From Candidatus Minusculum obligatum (GTDB taxonomy: Bacteria; Patescibacteriota; Minisyncoccia; Phycocordibacterales; Phycocordibacteraceae), in contig DCYT01000001.1 in the NCBI GenBank assembly GCA_002331145.1, forward strand, positions 287,697 through 351,696: a DNA stretch of 64,000 bases, given 5' to 3'. Shown here piece after piece: positions 37,109-46,044 of the stretch. Under the pieces are notes generated by a model that worked only from the letters and a program-made list of their open reading frames with translations, was not told the DNA's origin and searched no databases. Every line of letters starts with the position of its first letter. Position 1 is the first letter of the stretch. The translations under genes were made by a program, and so were the position numbers.

Positions 37109-37783
37109 CTAGAGACGTCTTCGTCCAGCACGGATCATGAAATACATTGCGGCTCCTGCAAGCAACACGAGCAGTGTAATTACAAGCGGTACTACAGGAA
37201 GTGTCCCTTCGATAGAGATAACTGCAGCAGGGAGAGTAAGCGCTGTATTAATTGGAGCTGTTATCTCTCCCAAGTCCTCAGTTGCAGGCTCAATACTCTC
37301 AGAGAGAGTAAATGCAGCAGGGAGAGAAGCACTCGCCAGAGGAAGAGCGCCGAGTGTAAGGATATCAAGCTCATTTACTACATTCACACTATCCTTATTA
37401 AGGATGAAGGATGTTCCCTCAGTAGCAACAATACTTGGCCCATCGGTTAACTTTGTTGCAGTAAATATAAGAAAAGGTGTCTTTTGCGTAATTCCACCAG
37501 GGAATCCTGCTGTTTTAATAATCTGACCATTCTCTACCAGGTCATATCCTGGCTGAGAGAGTGCCACCCACCCATCTGCAACTTTAATATCTGAAACCTG
37601 CAGAGTTTTCTCATCAAAAGCAACGACTGCCTTTGCTGTATAGACAGCTTCCTCCCCAGGAAGAACATTCAAAACTACCTGCACGCTCTCTCCCACTGCA
37701 GCCTCCCCTGCAACAAACTCAAAGCTTGCAGCTCCTGCAACAAAAGGAAGAGTAAATAGGATTGTAAGAAGAAATGCTTTCAT
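37109..37783 (-). CDS. secreted cohesin-like domain protein with C-terminal TM anchor and basic tail
   Basis: Signal peptide; FEFVAGEAAVGESVQVVLNVLPG...AVVAFDEKTLQVSDIKVADGW resembles cohesin; C-terminal hydrophobic helix plus RAGRRRL. Confidence 0.45.
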   Translation of the reverse strand: MKAFLLTILFTLPFVAGAASFEFVAGEAAVGESVQVVLNVLPGEEAVYTAKAVVAFDEKTLQVSDIKVADGWVALSQPGYDLVENGQIIKTAGFPGGITQKTPFLIFTATKLTDGPSIVATEGTSFILNKDSVNVVNELDILTLGALPLASASLPAAFTLSESIEPATEDLGEITAPINTALTLPAAVISIEGTLPVVPLVITLLVLLAGAAMYFMIRAGRRRL

Positions 37784-37784
37784 A

Positions 37785-38348
37785 TTATTTCCAGTTAGCC
37801 ATTAGAATATTGAAATCAAGAATATCAGTTACTCCGTCTCCATTTAAATCAGTCTCGGGAGACCCCCAATTTGCAATAAAGTAGTTGAAATCATTTACAT
37901 CAACCACCCCATCTCCACCAAAGTCTCCCTTGATAGGTGTTGTGGTTGTAGTTGTTGGTGTGGGCACTGATACAGGAGCTGGTGTTGTAGTTTGAGTTGT
38001 TCCACTTGGGGTATCTCGCCCAATAATTACAAGGCGAGTAGCAACTTCTGTAACAGCTCCATTTACAAAGGTCACATTCCCTTCTGCATCTGCAGCATTA
38101 ATCTTAAATGTCATACGCTCCCCTGCGTATGCTCCATCCTCATCTGCAACAAAGAAAAGATTTGGACTCTTTCCAAATGTTCCATCACTTTGAATTGCAG
38201 CGCTCCCCACATTTACATCATTAATGAAGACATTGAGTGTCCCACTTGTGAAATCTTCAACAGTTCCGTGCAGTTGGTGGGGTAGACCAGGCGCTGCAAA
38301 GAGCAGTGCTGGTGTAATAAGTAGTGCTGTAAGTAAAAGTAATCTCAT
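37785..38348 (-). CDS. secreted dockerin-domain protein
   Basis: Signal peptide; Thr/Pro linker; C-terminal duplicated Ca-binding dockerin repeats GDFGGDGVVDVNDFNYF and DLNGDGVTDILDFNILMANW. Confidence 0.6.
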   Translation of the reverse strand: MRLLLLTALLITPALLFAAPGLPHQLHGTVEDFTSGTLNVFINDVNVGSAAIQSDGTFGKSPNLFFVADEDGAYAGERMTFKINAADAEGNVTFVNGAVTEVATRLVIIGRDTPSGTTQTTTPAPVSVPTPTTTTTTPIKGDFGGDGVVDVNDFNYFIANWGSPETDLNGDGVTDILDFNILMANWK

Positions 38349-38349
38349 A

Positions 38350-40305
38350 TTATGCAGGTATAGCTAGTACAGTCTCTCCATCAACTACGTTCATCCAAAA
38401 TCCATCTCCTGGAGATACTGCTGTTGGTGTTGTATTTGCTCCATCTTCATACCCCACAAGATCACTGTATGCAATTCCAGCTAATCCAACTGCTGCAAAA
38501 GCTGTATCGATTGAAACATCCTCTGTTGTATCAGAATCTGGCTGCAAGTATCCAACAAGCTGCCACCCAATATCTAGATCGCGCATATCAGTCTCCGCCT
38601 CTCCACTTCCTGAAAGTGTTACGTCAGCTGATACCTCAATAAAGTATCCAAATCCTGCTTCCATGGTTGTAAGGTTTGAAAGATCCGGGTTACCTGGGTA
38701 GTACACATACCAAACTCCATCAATGTAGGTCCACACAGACTCAACAGATGAGCTGATTCCTGAGAGTACAGAGGCAATTGAAGTATCTGCAGGATTTACA
38801 GGAAGTGAAATGAGGTTTAGTCCTCCATTTGCTGAAGTAAGGTCAATAGAAAATGGAATTGAAGAATCTCCCCCGCCTCCTCCGCCAGGAGCATCATCTG
38901 GCTGATCAACAGTAAGAGAGGATCCATCTGTAGTACTTGTTGCAGTTGAGCTATTTCCTGCCTCATCAAGCACCGTGATAGTAAATGTCACTGCTCCTTC
39001 TGCAGTGTCAGCATCAACAGTGTACGTTGCTGTGCTTGTAGGAGTTCCTGTTGCAACAGCAACGTCACTCTCATCCAAGATTGCAACAGTTGTTGTGGCT
39101 GCAGTCTCTGCAAGAGCAAACGTTAGCGTTATTGTGTCCCCCTCTAACACTGCATCAGTTGAAGTAGCATTTGTTGTAAGACCAACAAAATTAATATCTA
39201 TAGGTGTAGTGTCTGCCTCTCGAGTAGAGCTTATGGTTTGTTCTGCTGCCTTGTTTTCATTTAAATCTTCTACTGATCCAGGGTTAATAGCACCTACAAC
39301 AAGCTCCACATCAATACTCGTAGCTTCTGTTGTACTTGCAAGCGTAAGCTCTACAACTCCAGGGCTAATCTCATCTGCTGCAGTAATAGTATTTTCTGAA
39401 AGAGAGAAATCTGTCCCTGTTGAATTTACCGTTGTTCCATGAAGGTCTTCGCTAAACGTCACATTGATCTTGTCTCCCTCCTGTGTAATTTCAGCTGCTG
39501 TTATTAATGGAGAAACTCCATCTGTTGGAGTGACTGTTGTCTCATCTAGTTCATTCCCATCAGTATCTGAAATTCCTGAGATAGTTACATCAGGCGTTGC
39601 GCCACTATCAATTGAAGAATTTTCTGTAACAGTGATCATTACCTCATCAAGGTTAAGTTCGAGACCAAACTCCCAGTGCCCTACTGCAGATACCGTATAC
39701 CCATCTACTGTTACGTCATCTGTTGTAAGAGTTGTTCGGTCCACCACTGTAGAGAACTCAGGCTTGATAGTATCGATAAACCCATCGTCATCTTCATCGT
39801 ATGTTTTTGCAGAATCAAAGGTAAATGGATTTGCTACTACTGCAGCCTCTGCAGTTAGCGCAAACTCCTTCTCCACTCCATCTGAGTCTGGATCATCATT
39901 TAGCGTAAAGACAACGAATGTATAATCTCCCTCATCATCTATAACCACATCAAAAGAAACCGTTTCGTCTGCTGCAAACCCTGGATTCCAAAAACAATAC
40001 ACAATTGGCTCAAAACCAAGATCAGAAATATCTTCCCCATCCCCACAAGAAACATTCGATAGTCCTGAGATCTCAGTATCTGTGTCATCAAGAATATAAA
40101 GATCAGCATCTACTGTTACCTCATCAGTATTGGCAAGCTGAATTTCAAAAGTTTTAGTCTCTCCAACGGTAAGTGTAGAAGTGCTTTCTCCATCAATGGT
40201 GAAGGAAACGTTTACTGGAGCTGCAAAAGCAATAGAAAAACCACCAAAAAAGGTGGCCAACAACGCGCCTGAAATCATTCCAATCACAGCAATTCTCTCG
40301 CTCAT
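38350..40305 (-). CDS. large secreted/cell-surface protein (Thr/Asp-rich repeats)
   Basis: 651-aa ORF with signal peptide (ATG 40305); acidic Thr-rich low-complexity domains typical of surface proteins. Confidence 0.55.
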   Translation of the reverse strand: MSERIAVIGMISGALLATFFGGFSIAFAAPVNVSFTIDGESTSTLTVGETKTFEIQLANTDEVTVDADLYILDDTDTEISGLSNVSCGDGEDISDLGFEPIVYCFWNPGFAADETVSFDVVIDDEGDYTFVVFTLNDDPDSDGVEKEFALTAEAAVVANPFTFDSAKTYDEDDDGFIDTIKPEFSTVVDRTTLTTDDVTVDGYTVSAVGHWEFGLELNLDEVMITVTENSSIDSGATPDVTISGISDTDGNELDETTVTPTDGVSPLITAAEITQEGDKINVTFSEDLHGTTVNSTGTDFSLSENTITAADEISPGVVELTLASTTEATSIDVELVVGAINPGSVEDLNENKAAEQTISSTREADTTPIDINFVGLTTNATSTDAVLEGDTITLTFALAETAATTTVAILDESDVAVATGTPTSTATYTVDADTAEGAVTFTITVLDEAGNSSTATSTTDGSSLTVDQPDDAPGGGGGGDSSIPFSIDLTSANGGLNLISLPVNPADTSIASVLSGISSSVESVWTYIDGVWYVYYPGNPDLSNLTTMEAGFGYFIEVSADVTLSGSGEAETDMRDLDIGWQLVGYLQPDSDTTEDVSIDTAFAAVGLAGIAYSDLVGYEDGANTTPTAVSPGDGFWMNVVDGETVLAIPA

Positions 40306-40383
40306 ATCGTGGTAACAAATTACCACAAATTATTGATTTGTCAATAAAGGACATTTTCTCCCCTAAAGGACACCTTGTGTCCT

Positions 40384-41028
40384 TTAGAAAACGCCAAGCG
40401 GAGCGCCTGTAAAGAGAGTAAAGATTGATTGCACAATTGCAAAAAATGGTCCTGAAAGCACTGTTATAAATATAAAGATAAATAAGAAAAGAGAGATGAT
40501 TCCTAATGACTGTATCTTCCTTTCAAAATTTTGAAATCCCATAGCAAATCTATATGGAAGAAGAGATCGCAATACCGTATACCCATCAAGTGGAGGCAGA
40601 GGAATAAGATTAAAGAGTCCCAAAAAGAGATTGATAAGCACAACAAGGGCTGAAAGCGCTATAAATGTGTCAGGTAATCCCGCACCAAAACGTATAACGA
40701 GTGAGAAAATAAGCGCTATAAAGATATTTGTGGCAGGGCCTGCAATAGCAACGATCGCTTCTCCAAAGCGCTGATTCCTTAAGTTTAAAGGGTTATATGG
40801 CACTGGCTTTGCCCACCCGAAAAGAAATCCAGCACTTGTTATCACCAAAAACGCTGGAATAAGGACCGATCCTACAAAATCAATGTGCGGAAGAGGGTTA
40901 AGAGTTAACCGTCCTGCATTCTTTGCAGTTGGGTCACCGAGCGCATATGCCGCATAACCGTGCGCCACTTCATGCAAAATAATTGAAACAATTAACAATA
41001 TAACCGTGAAAAGAATGAGTTCAGACAT
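40384..41028 (-). CDS. site-2 protease family (M50) membrane metalloprotease
   Basis: HEVAHG HExxH motif in TM1 and NLIPLPPLDG (LDG) motif. Confidence 0.8.
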   Translation of the reverse strand: MSELILFTVILLIVSIILHEVAHGYAAYALGDPTAKNAGRLTLNPLPHIDFVGSVLIPAFLVITSAGFLFGWAKPVPYNPLNLRNQRFGEAIVAIAGPATNIFIALIFSLVIRFGAGLPDTFIALSALVVLINLFLGLFNLIPLPPLDGYTVLRSLLPYRFAMGFQNFERKIQSLGIISLFLFIFIFITVLSGPFFAIVQSIFTLFTGAPLGVF

Positions 41029-41121
41029 AGTTAGTTAGGTATACCATATTTTTGTGCACTCTTTGAGCATTGACACAGCAATGCAACAGGAGTTTAGTAT
41101 AGAAAGGAAAGGGGGATTGTC

Positions 41122-41376
41122 ATGATCTTTGCACAAACACCTGCCGAGAAAGAGCATGATGGACGCCTAGTGTCTGCCCAAAAAAATATTGCCTGCTCTT
41201 CCGGCACACACACTATTCCTGCCGGGACAAAGGGGCGAATCCAAGATGCAAGAGATCTCTCGGACAAAGGAACAAGGATCCTTGTCCTCTGGATTAAGCC
41301 AGAAGATGGATCTGCTTGGTGTTCGCTCTGGTGTTCAACCACTGAGGTGATTGAATGCATTCCCGAAGGCCCGTAA
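41122..41376 (+). CDS. hypothetical small protein (84 aa)
   Basis: GGGGGA RBS before ATG; terminator follows. Confidence 0.45.
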   Translation: MIFAQTPAEKEHDGRLVSAQKNIACSSGTHTIPAGTKGRIQDARDLSDKGTRILVLWIKPEDGSAWCSLWCSTTEVIECIPEGP

Positions 41377-41391
41377 GTATTTACGGGCCTT
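41366..41391 (+). terminator. intrinsic terminator
   Basis: GAAGGCCCGTAA-gt-ATTTACGGGCCTTC then TATTTAT. Confidence 0.6.
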
Positions 41392-41444
41392 CTATTTATA
41401 TATATGTTGCAATTATTTAGATTTCCTAGTAATCTACGCCCACT

Positions 41445-41690
41445 ATGTCACGAAAATGTGCAATTACAGGAAAGACTTCACAAGTGGGCGGCGGATATTC
41501 AAACCGTACGCGTGCTACAAAGTTTAACCCAACAGGAAAACGTCGACGGCAGGTGAACCTGCAGCGACGTCGCATTTTCATACCTGAACTTGATAAGAGC
41601 GTTGCACTCACTGTCTCAGCTGCCGGACTTAAAGAAATTAAAAAGAACGGAGCATACGCAACACTAAGAAAAGCTCGAATCATCAAGTAA
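41445..41690 (+). CDS. rpmB: 50S ribosomal protein L28
   Basis: MSRKCAITGKTSQVGGGYSNRTRATKF typical L28. Confidence 0.85.
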   Translation: MSRKCAITGKTSQVGGGYSNRTRATKFNPTGKRRRQVNLQRRRIFIPELDKSVALTVSAAGLKEIKKNGAYATLRKARIIK

Positions 41691-41695
41691 CAAAA

Positions 41696-41719
41696 AGAAC
41701 CCTACGGGGTTCTTTTTGT
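41696..41719. terminator. bidirectional terminator between rpmB (+) and murI (-)
   Basis: AAAAAGAACCC-tac-GGGTTCTTTTTG. Confidence 0.75.
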
Positions 41720-42421
41720 ATACCTCTGTGTCTGCTTCGTTTCTTTTGAAAAGGAGATTTTTTCTTTTCCTTCCCCATCGCAATTGAACCGAGAGAGAAC
41801 TTCTCTCGCAACAGCATTTGCTGGATTGTATGTGGGAATAGAAAATACTTCTTCAAAAACATCTGCAACCAGAGGATAGTGTGTGCAGCCAAGCAAGATA
41901 AGATCTGCAGAAATCTTTCCTTGAGTCTGTTTGTATTTCTCTAGCAACTTTTGCACCTCTTCTCTATTTTTTCCTGATTCAATATATGAAACTAATTCGG
42001 GAAGAGGCAATTCTTCTACTTTTTTCCCAATGCCTTTCAAGCGATCTTGATACACTCCTGAATCAATTGTTATCTGTGTCGCGCACAGCAAAATATTTTT
42101 CTCCTCTCTATTTTTTAAATCCTGAATGGTTGGCCCAACCATTTCAATAATGTTCTCTTTCGATAATGAGAGTGAAGTGAGCAACGGAGCGTCTAATGAA
42201 ATTGAAATGCTATTACACGCACTTACAATCTCGACGACTCCTTCGTCTATAAGTTTTTGAATACTCTCTGCTGCCAATTTCTTCACCTCTTCTTTTGTCT
42301 TGTTTCCATATGGAGCATTTTTTGTATCTCCAAAATAAACAAGATCTGTTTTAGGGGCATATGTGCGTATTGCATTGAATACTGTAAGGCCGCCAAGACC
42401 TGAATCAAACACGCCAATCAT
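41702..42421 (-). CDS. murI: glutamate racemase
   Basis: MIGVFDSGLGGLTV N-terminus and GCTHYPL motif. Confidence 0.9.
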   Translation of the reverse strand: MIGVFDSGLGGLTVFNAIRTYAPKTDLVYFGDTKNAPYGNKTKEEVKKLAAESIQKLIDEGVVEIVSACNSISISLDAPLLTSLSLSKENIIEMVGPTIQDLKNREEKNILLCATQITIDSGVYQDRLKGIGKKVEELPLPELVSYIESGKNREEVQKLLEKYKQTQGKISADLILLGCTHYPLVADVFEEVFSIPTYNPANAVAREVLSRFNCDGEGKEKISFSKETKQTQRYTKRTP

Positions 42422-42435
42422 ATGTAAATAGTAGC

Positions 42436-43251
42436 CTATTTCCGCAAAAATGTTTTACCATCACTTACAAAGAGAATTGTTCCTTCCTCTGCAATCTCTA
42501 ACACCTCTGCATCTGTTTGCCCTAACGCTGAGAGGACACTTGCATGAGGGTGGCCGTACCTATTTTCTGCACCAGCTGAAATAATTGCATACAAAGGAGA
42601 CACTTCTTTGAGAAAAAGAGGGTCACTTGAAGTCTTTGATCCATGATGTCCAACTTTAAGAATTTCACTCTCAAGATTTTGCTTGAGCAGATACCGCTCA
42701 ACGCCTTTGCTGGCATCTCCGGTAAGAAGGATGTCTGTTTCTCCATATGAAACTTTCAAAATAACAGACGTATTGTTTGTGTCCCCCTGTATATCTCTGT
42801 CAGGAAATAAAACTTCTGCAATAACATCTTTATCTAAATAAATTTTCATTCCCTTTCGAGCAACTACGTAGTTGCTCTCTTTTTCTACACGCTTCATGAG
42901 CTCCTTGTATATGAGCGTATCGTTTCCAACTCCTGGATCAAGAAAATTCTTTACAACATACCGATCAAAAACTGGAATGAGTCCTCCTATATGGTCTTTG
43001 TCTGGATGTGTCCCAATAACTACATCTATTTCTTTATCTGAGAGATCCATAATAGACGGAAGCTCTCGCAACACATCATTACCTGCTCCTCCATCTATTA
43101 ATATGTCATTTCCATTTGGTGCTTGTATGTAAATTGCGTCTCCCTGACCCACATCAAGAAATGCCACAAGCAAATACTTCTCTTCAAAAATTTCGAAAAG
43201 AACTGCACCTTGCACAAAGAAGAGAAGAGTAATGAAACTAACTTTCATCAT
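42436..43251 (-). CDS. ComEC-type metallo-beta-lactamase domain protein (stand-alone ComEC C-terminal domain with signal peptide/TM)
   Basis: VGTHPDKDHIGG MBL motif and KVGHHGSKTSS, the hallmark of the ComEC C-terminal domain; start at ATG 43251/43248. Confidence 0.75.
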   Translation of the reverse strand: MMKVSFITLLFFVQGAVLFEIFEEKYLLVAFLDVGQGDAIYIQAPNGNDILIDGGAGNDVLRELPSIMDLSDKEIDVVIGTHPDKDHIGGLIPVFDRYVVKNFLDPGVGNDTLIYKELMKRVEKESNYVVARKGMKIYLDKDVIAEVLFPDRDIQGDTNNTSVILKVSYGETDILLTGDASKGVERYLLKQNLESEILKVGHHGSKTSSDPLFLKEVSPLYAIISAGAENRYGHPHASVLSALGQTDAEVLEIAEEGTILFVSDGKTFLRK

Positions 43252-43275
43252 TCCCCTATGGTACGATACCCGCAT

Positions 43276-43848
43276 ATGAAACTCTACGAAGCAAAACAAT
43301 TTAATTTACCAACTATCGAAGGACTTTCTGAGAAACAGATTGAAGTTCACCTAAAGCTATACGAAGGGTACGTAAAGCACACCAACCTTATCCGGGAGCA
43401 GATCAAGGAGCTAAAAGAGAAGGGTGCTCCACAATACGTTATCGACGAACTACGTAGGCGTTACGCATTTGAATTTGATGGAATGCGAATGCATGAGTAT
43501 TACTTTGAACAATTTGAAGAGGGCGCAAAAGAAGCAACTGGGGACTTTAAAGATGCGGTCTCAGAAAAATATGGAAGCTTTGAAGACTTCATCTCCCACA
43601 TAAAAGAGGTTGCAGGATCTCGAGGAATTGGATGGATTGTTGTAAGTCACGATGACAAGGAAGGTCAGATTCACACAACCTTTGCAGCAGATCATGAGCT
43701 CGGACATCTTGCAGGTACAAAAGTGCTTTGTGCAATTGATATGTGGGAGCATGCCTTTATGGTTGATTATGTCCCAGCTGAGAAAGGCAACTACCTTGAA
43801 ACTGTATTACAAAATATAAACTGGGAAGTAGTAGGAAACCGATATTAA
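43276..43848 (+). CDS. Fe/Mn superoxide dismutase-like protein
   Basis: C-terminal DMWEHAF (metal ligands D/H) and MHEYYF; start at ATG 43276 (MKLYEAK). Confidence 0.7.
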   Translation: MKLYEAKQFNLPTIEGLSEKQIEVHLKLYEGYVKHTNLIREQIKELKEKGAPQYVIDELRRRYAFEFDGMRMHEYYFEQFEEGAKEATGDFKDAVSEKYGSFEDFISHIKEVAGSRGIGWIVVSHDDKEGQIHTTFAADHELGHLAGTKVLCAIDMWEHAFMVDYVPAEKGNYLETVLQNINWEVVGNRY

Positions 43849-43853
43849 AAACA

Positions 43854-43877
43854 AACGCCGCAGAGAAATCTGCGGCG
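43854..43877. terminator. bidirectional intrinsic terminator
   Basis: AAACGCCGCAGA-gaaa-TCTGCGGCGTTT. Confidence 0.7.
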
Positions 43878-43884
43878 TTTACGT

Positions 43885-44139
43885 TTACTCCTTAGTAGCG
43901 AATGGATTTCGCTGTGGAGCTATCAGTTCTCGAAAGAACATTCGGTTCGCCACAACTAGGGCAGCGAGAACTGCAAGGATAATCTTCCAAGAAACCAGGT
44001 GCAAAAGAGTTAGAAAGAAACAGATCATGAACAATGAGCCAAGACCCATCACGAGCCAATCTCCTACTGACCACTTTCCAGCCTTAACTGGAACGATGGG
44101 AAGGTCCTTGTTGAGGTTTGCGCTGGGATAATGTGTCAT
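43885..44139 (-). CDS. hypothetical small membrane protein (84 aa), overlaps the comEC 3' end
   Basis: ORF-track ORF trimmed to ATG 44139; two TM helices; weak support. Confidence 0.3.
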   Translation of the reverse strand: MTHYPSANLNKDLPIVPVKAGKWSVGDWLVMGLGSLFMICFFLTLLHLVSWKIILAVLAALVVANRMFFRELIAPQRNPFATKE

Positions 44140-45559
44140 TTCCCCCTCCTTTCCTCCACAAAAACCATACAATAAATACATACATAAGTAAAGTAACCCA
44201 AAATGGGAACACTGGAAGTGTAACTGCAGAACCTGGAATCGCTGCAATAAAATCAACGAGAACAAGAACATATGAAAGGGTTAGGTAGGCAGGGATTCCA
44301 AGCAAAACTCCAATACCTGGAATTGCCCCAAAGATTCCTGCAATAAGAGAGAAGAGCATTGCAATTGGAATTATTGGAAGCACAAGAATATTTGCAGGAA
44401 GAGAAGAAAGTGAAAGGAGACCTGTTAGATATAGCAATAATGGAAATACTGCAATTTGCGTACCAATAGTTGCTCCAACAATTTCTCTTAATCCAAACTT
44501 TTTAGTCACCCATGGAATATAACTTTCAATGAGAGGTGCAACATAAATCAATCCAAGTGTTGCAATGAAAGAAAGCTGAAAAGATGGATCGTATACAAGA
44601 ATAAGTGGATTTAGAATCAACATAAACATTCCTGCCACAAGAAGAGCTCTGGTAAGTGCGTACGTTCTCCCTGTTGCCCGAGCAATAAGAGCGAGGACCG
44701 CCATGATTCCAGCACGAACAATAGTTGCTCCTGCCCCAACCATAAATACAAAAAGGCCGATTGAACCTGCGCCGATTGAAAGAGCAACCCTTTTAGGAAG
44801 AAACTTTAAGCTTCTCATTATTGCCTCTGCAATAATCGTTACGTTGTAACCTGAGAGCACTACAATATGAATAAGACCTGTAACAACAAAAGCATCGAGC
44901 AGCTCATCTCCCAGGGAGCGCTTTGCGCCAACAGTAATCCCTCCCCCTAAAGCTGACTGAGGCTCAGGAAGTGCCTGCATAATATTTCTTAGAAAGAAAT
45001 CTTTTACTGCAAATAAGAAGCCTCGTATAGAAACGTCTCCTTTTTCTACAACCTCCACATCTGCAAATGAAACTACGTAGTGAATATTATCTTTTGCAAG
45101 AAATTTATCGTATGCAAAAACTCTTCCCGTATCTGTCTTGAAAGCCTCTGGCTTTGAAAGCATTCCTGTTGCCGTCACAACATCTCCAAATGCTATTGGC
45201 ACAAAACGCTCTGTTGTTACAAGCACTCGAACCTCTTCATTCTCTACAATAAATCTTGTATGTGTTTCGCGAATATCAACTTCCTCTACAATCTTTCCCT
45301 GTATTGAAAATTCTTTCTGCAGAAAAGAATCTAAAGCTGTTTGTGGAACAAGTTCTGGAAGAGCCCGAAGCCCTCCAAACATAAAACCTAAAAACAAAAG
45401 CCCTATCAGGAGGACTTTTGAAACTTTTTTTATTGCTCCGTACCCAAAGAAAAGTAATGCGGGGACAGAAAGAAATAGGAGAAAGAATATTGAAGCACCC
45501 AAAAGAATTGTGTAGAAAATTCCAAGTACGAATCCAATGCTCAGTGCGTACAATTTCAT
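44084..45559 (-). CDS. comEC: ComEC/Rec2 DNA-uptake channel protein (membrane domain only, no fused MBL domain)
   Basis: 491-aa polytopic membrane protein with N-terminal DUF4131-like region and ComEC competence-domain architecture. Confidence 0.75.
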   Translation of the reverse strand: MKLYALSIGFVLGIFYTILLGASIFFLLFLSVPALLFFGYGAIKKVSKVLLIGLLFLGFMFGGLRALPELVPQTALDSFLQKEFSIQGKIVEEVDIRETHTRFIVENEEVRVLVTTERFVPIAFGDVVTATGMLSKPEAFKTDTGRVFAYDKFLAKDNIHYVVSFADVEVVEKGDVSIRGFLFAVKDFFLRNIMQALPEPQSALGGGITVGAKRSLGDELLDAFVVTGLIHIVVLSGYNVTIIAEAIMRSLKFLPKRVALSIGAGSIGLFVFMVGAGATIVRAGIMAVLALIARATGRTYALTRALLVAGMFMLILNPLILVYDPSFQLSFIATLGLIYVAPLIESYIPWVTKKFGLREIVGATIGTQIAVFPLLLYLTGLLSLSSLPANILVLPIIPIAMLFSLIAGIFGAIPGIGVLLGIPAYLTLSYVLVLVDFIAAIPGSAVTLPVFPFWVTLLMYVFIVWFLWRKGGGNDTLSQRKPQQGPSHRSS

Positions 45560-45595
45560 AACTACGTAGTTAATTACGTAATTAACTACGTAGTT
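45560..45595. repeat. palindrome family copy 2 (36-bp core AACTACGTAGTTAATTACGTAATTAACTACGTAGTT)
   Basis: Read directly; begins 1 nt after the comEC start codon and contains the rnhA stop codon. Confidence 0.9.
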
Positions 45596-45990
45596 CCTCT
45601 ATCCATTGCTTTATTTGCAAGAGCATCAGCTTCTTTATTTTGTTCTCTACGAACATGTTCAAATGCCACATTCTTAAATTTTGGCAGGAGATTTTGTACA
45701 CGAAGATATTGCTTATACAATCCCTGGTCTTTTACCTTGTACTCTCCCAAGAGCTGCCTTTGTGCGAGCTGACTATCTAGCCGAACAGTCACTTCCTCTC
45801 CTTCTGCAATAGAGGAGAGCTTCTCAAGCCCCAAAATAATTGCTTCATACTCTGCCCAATTGTTTGTCTGCTCTCCTAAATACTCTGAAACTTCAGCAAC
45901 AAGCTTCATGTCTTTATTAAAAATTGCAGCACCTGCTCCTGCAGGCCCTGGATTTCCCCTTGCTCCTCCATCCGTATATATCGTGTACAT
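45586..45990 (-). CDS. rnhA: ribonuclease H I
   Basis: MYTIYTDGGARGNPGPAGAGAAI N-terminus with catalytic D, and NKEADALAN. Confidence 0.85.
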   Translation of the reverse strand: MYTIYTDGGARGNPGPAGAGAAIFNKDMKLVAEVSEYLGEQTNNWAEYEAIILGLEKLSSIAEGEEVTVRLDSQLAQRQLLGEYKVKDQGLYKQYLRVQNLLPKFKNVAFEHVRREQNKEADALANKAMDRGTT

Positions 45991-46044
45991 ATGTAAGGGA
46001 GTATAGCAGAAAGCGCCTTTCCATCATTGGAAAGGCGCTATAAA

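Noticed and set aside
43123-43848. 241-aa ORF-track version of the superoxide dismutase gene
   Set aside because: Its first 51 codons overlap the divergent ComEC-MBL gene start and contain no SOD sequence. The start was set at ATG 43276.
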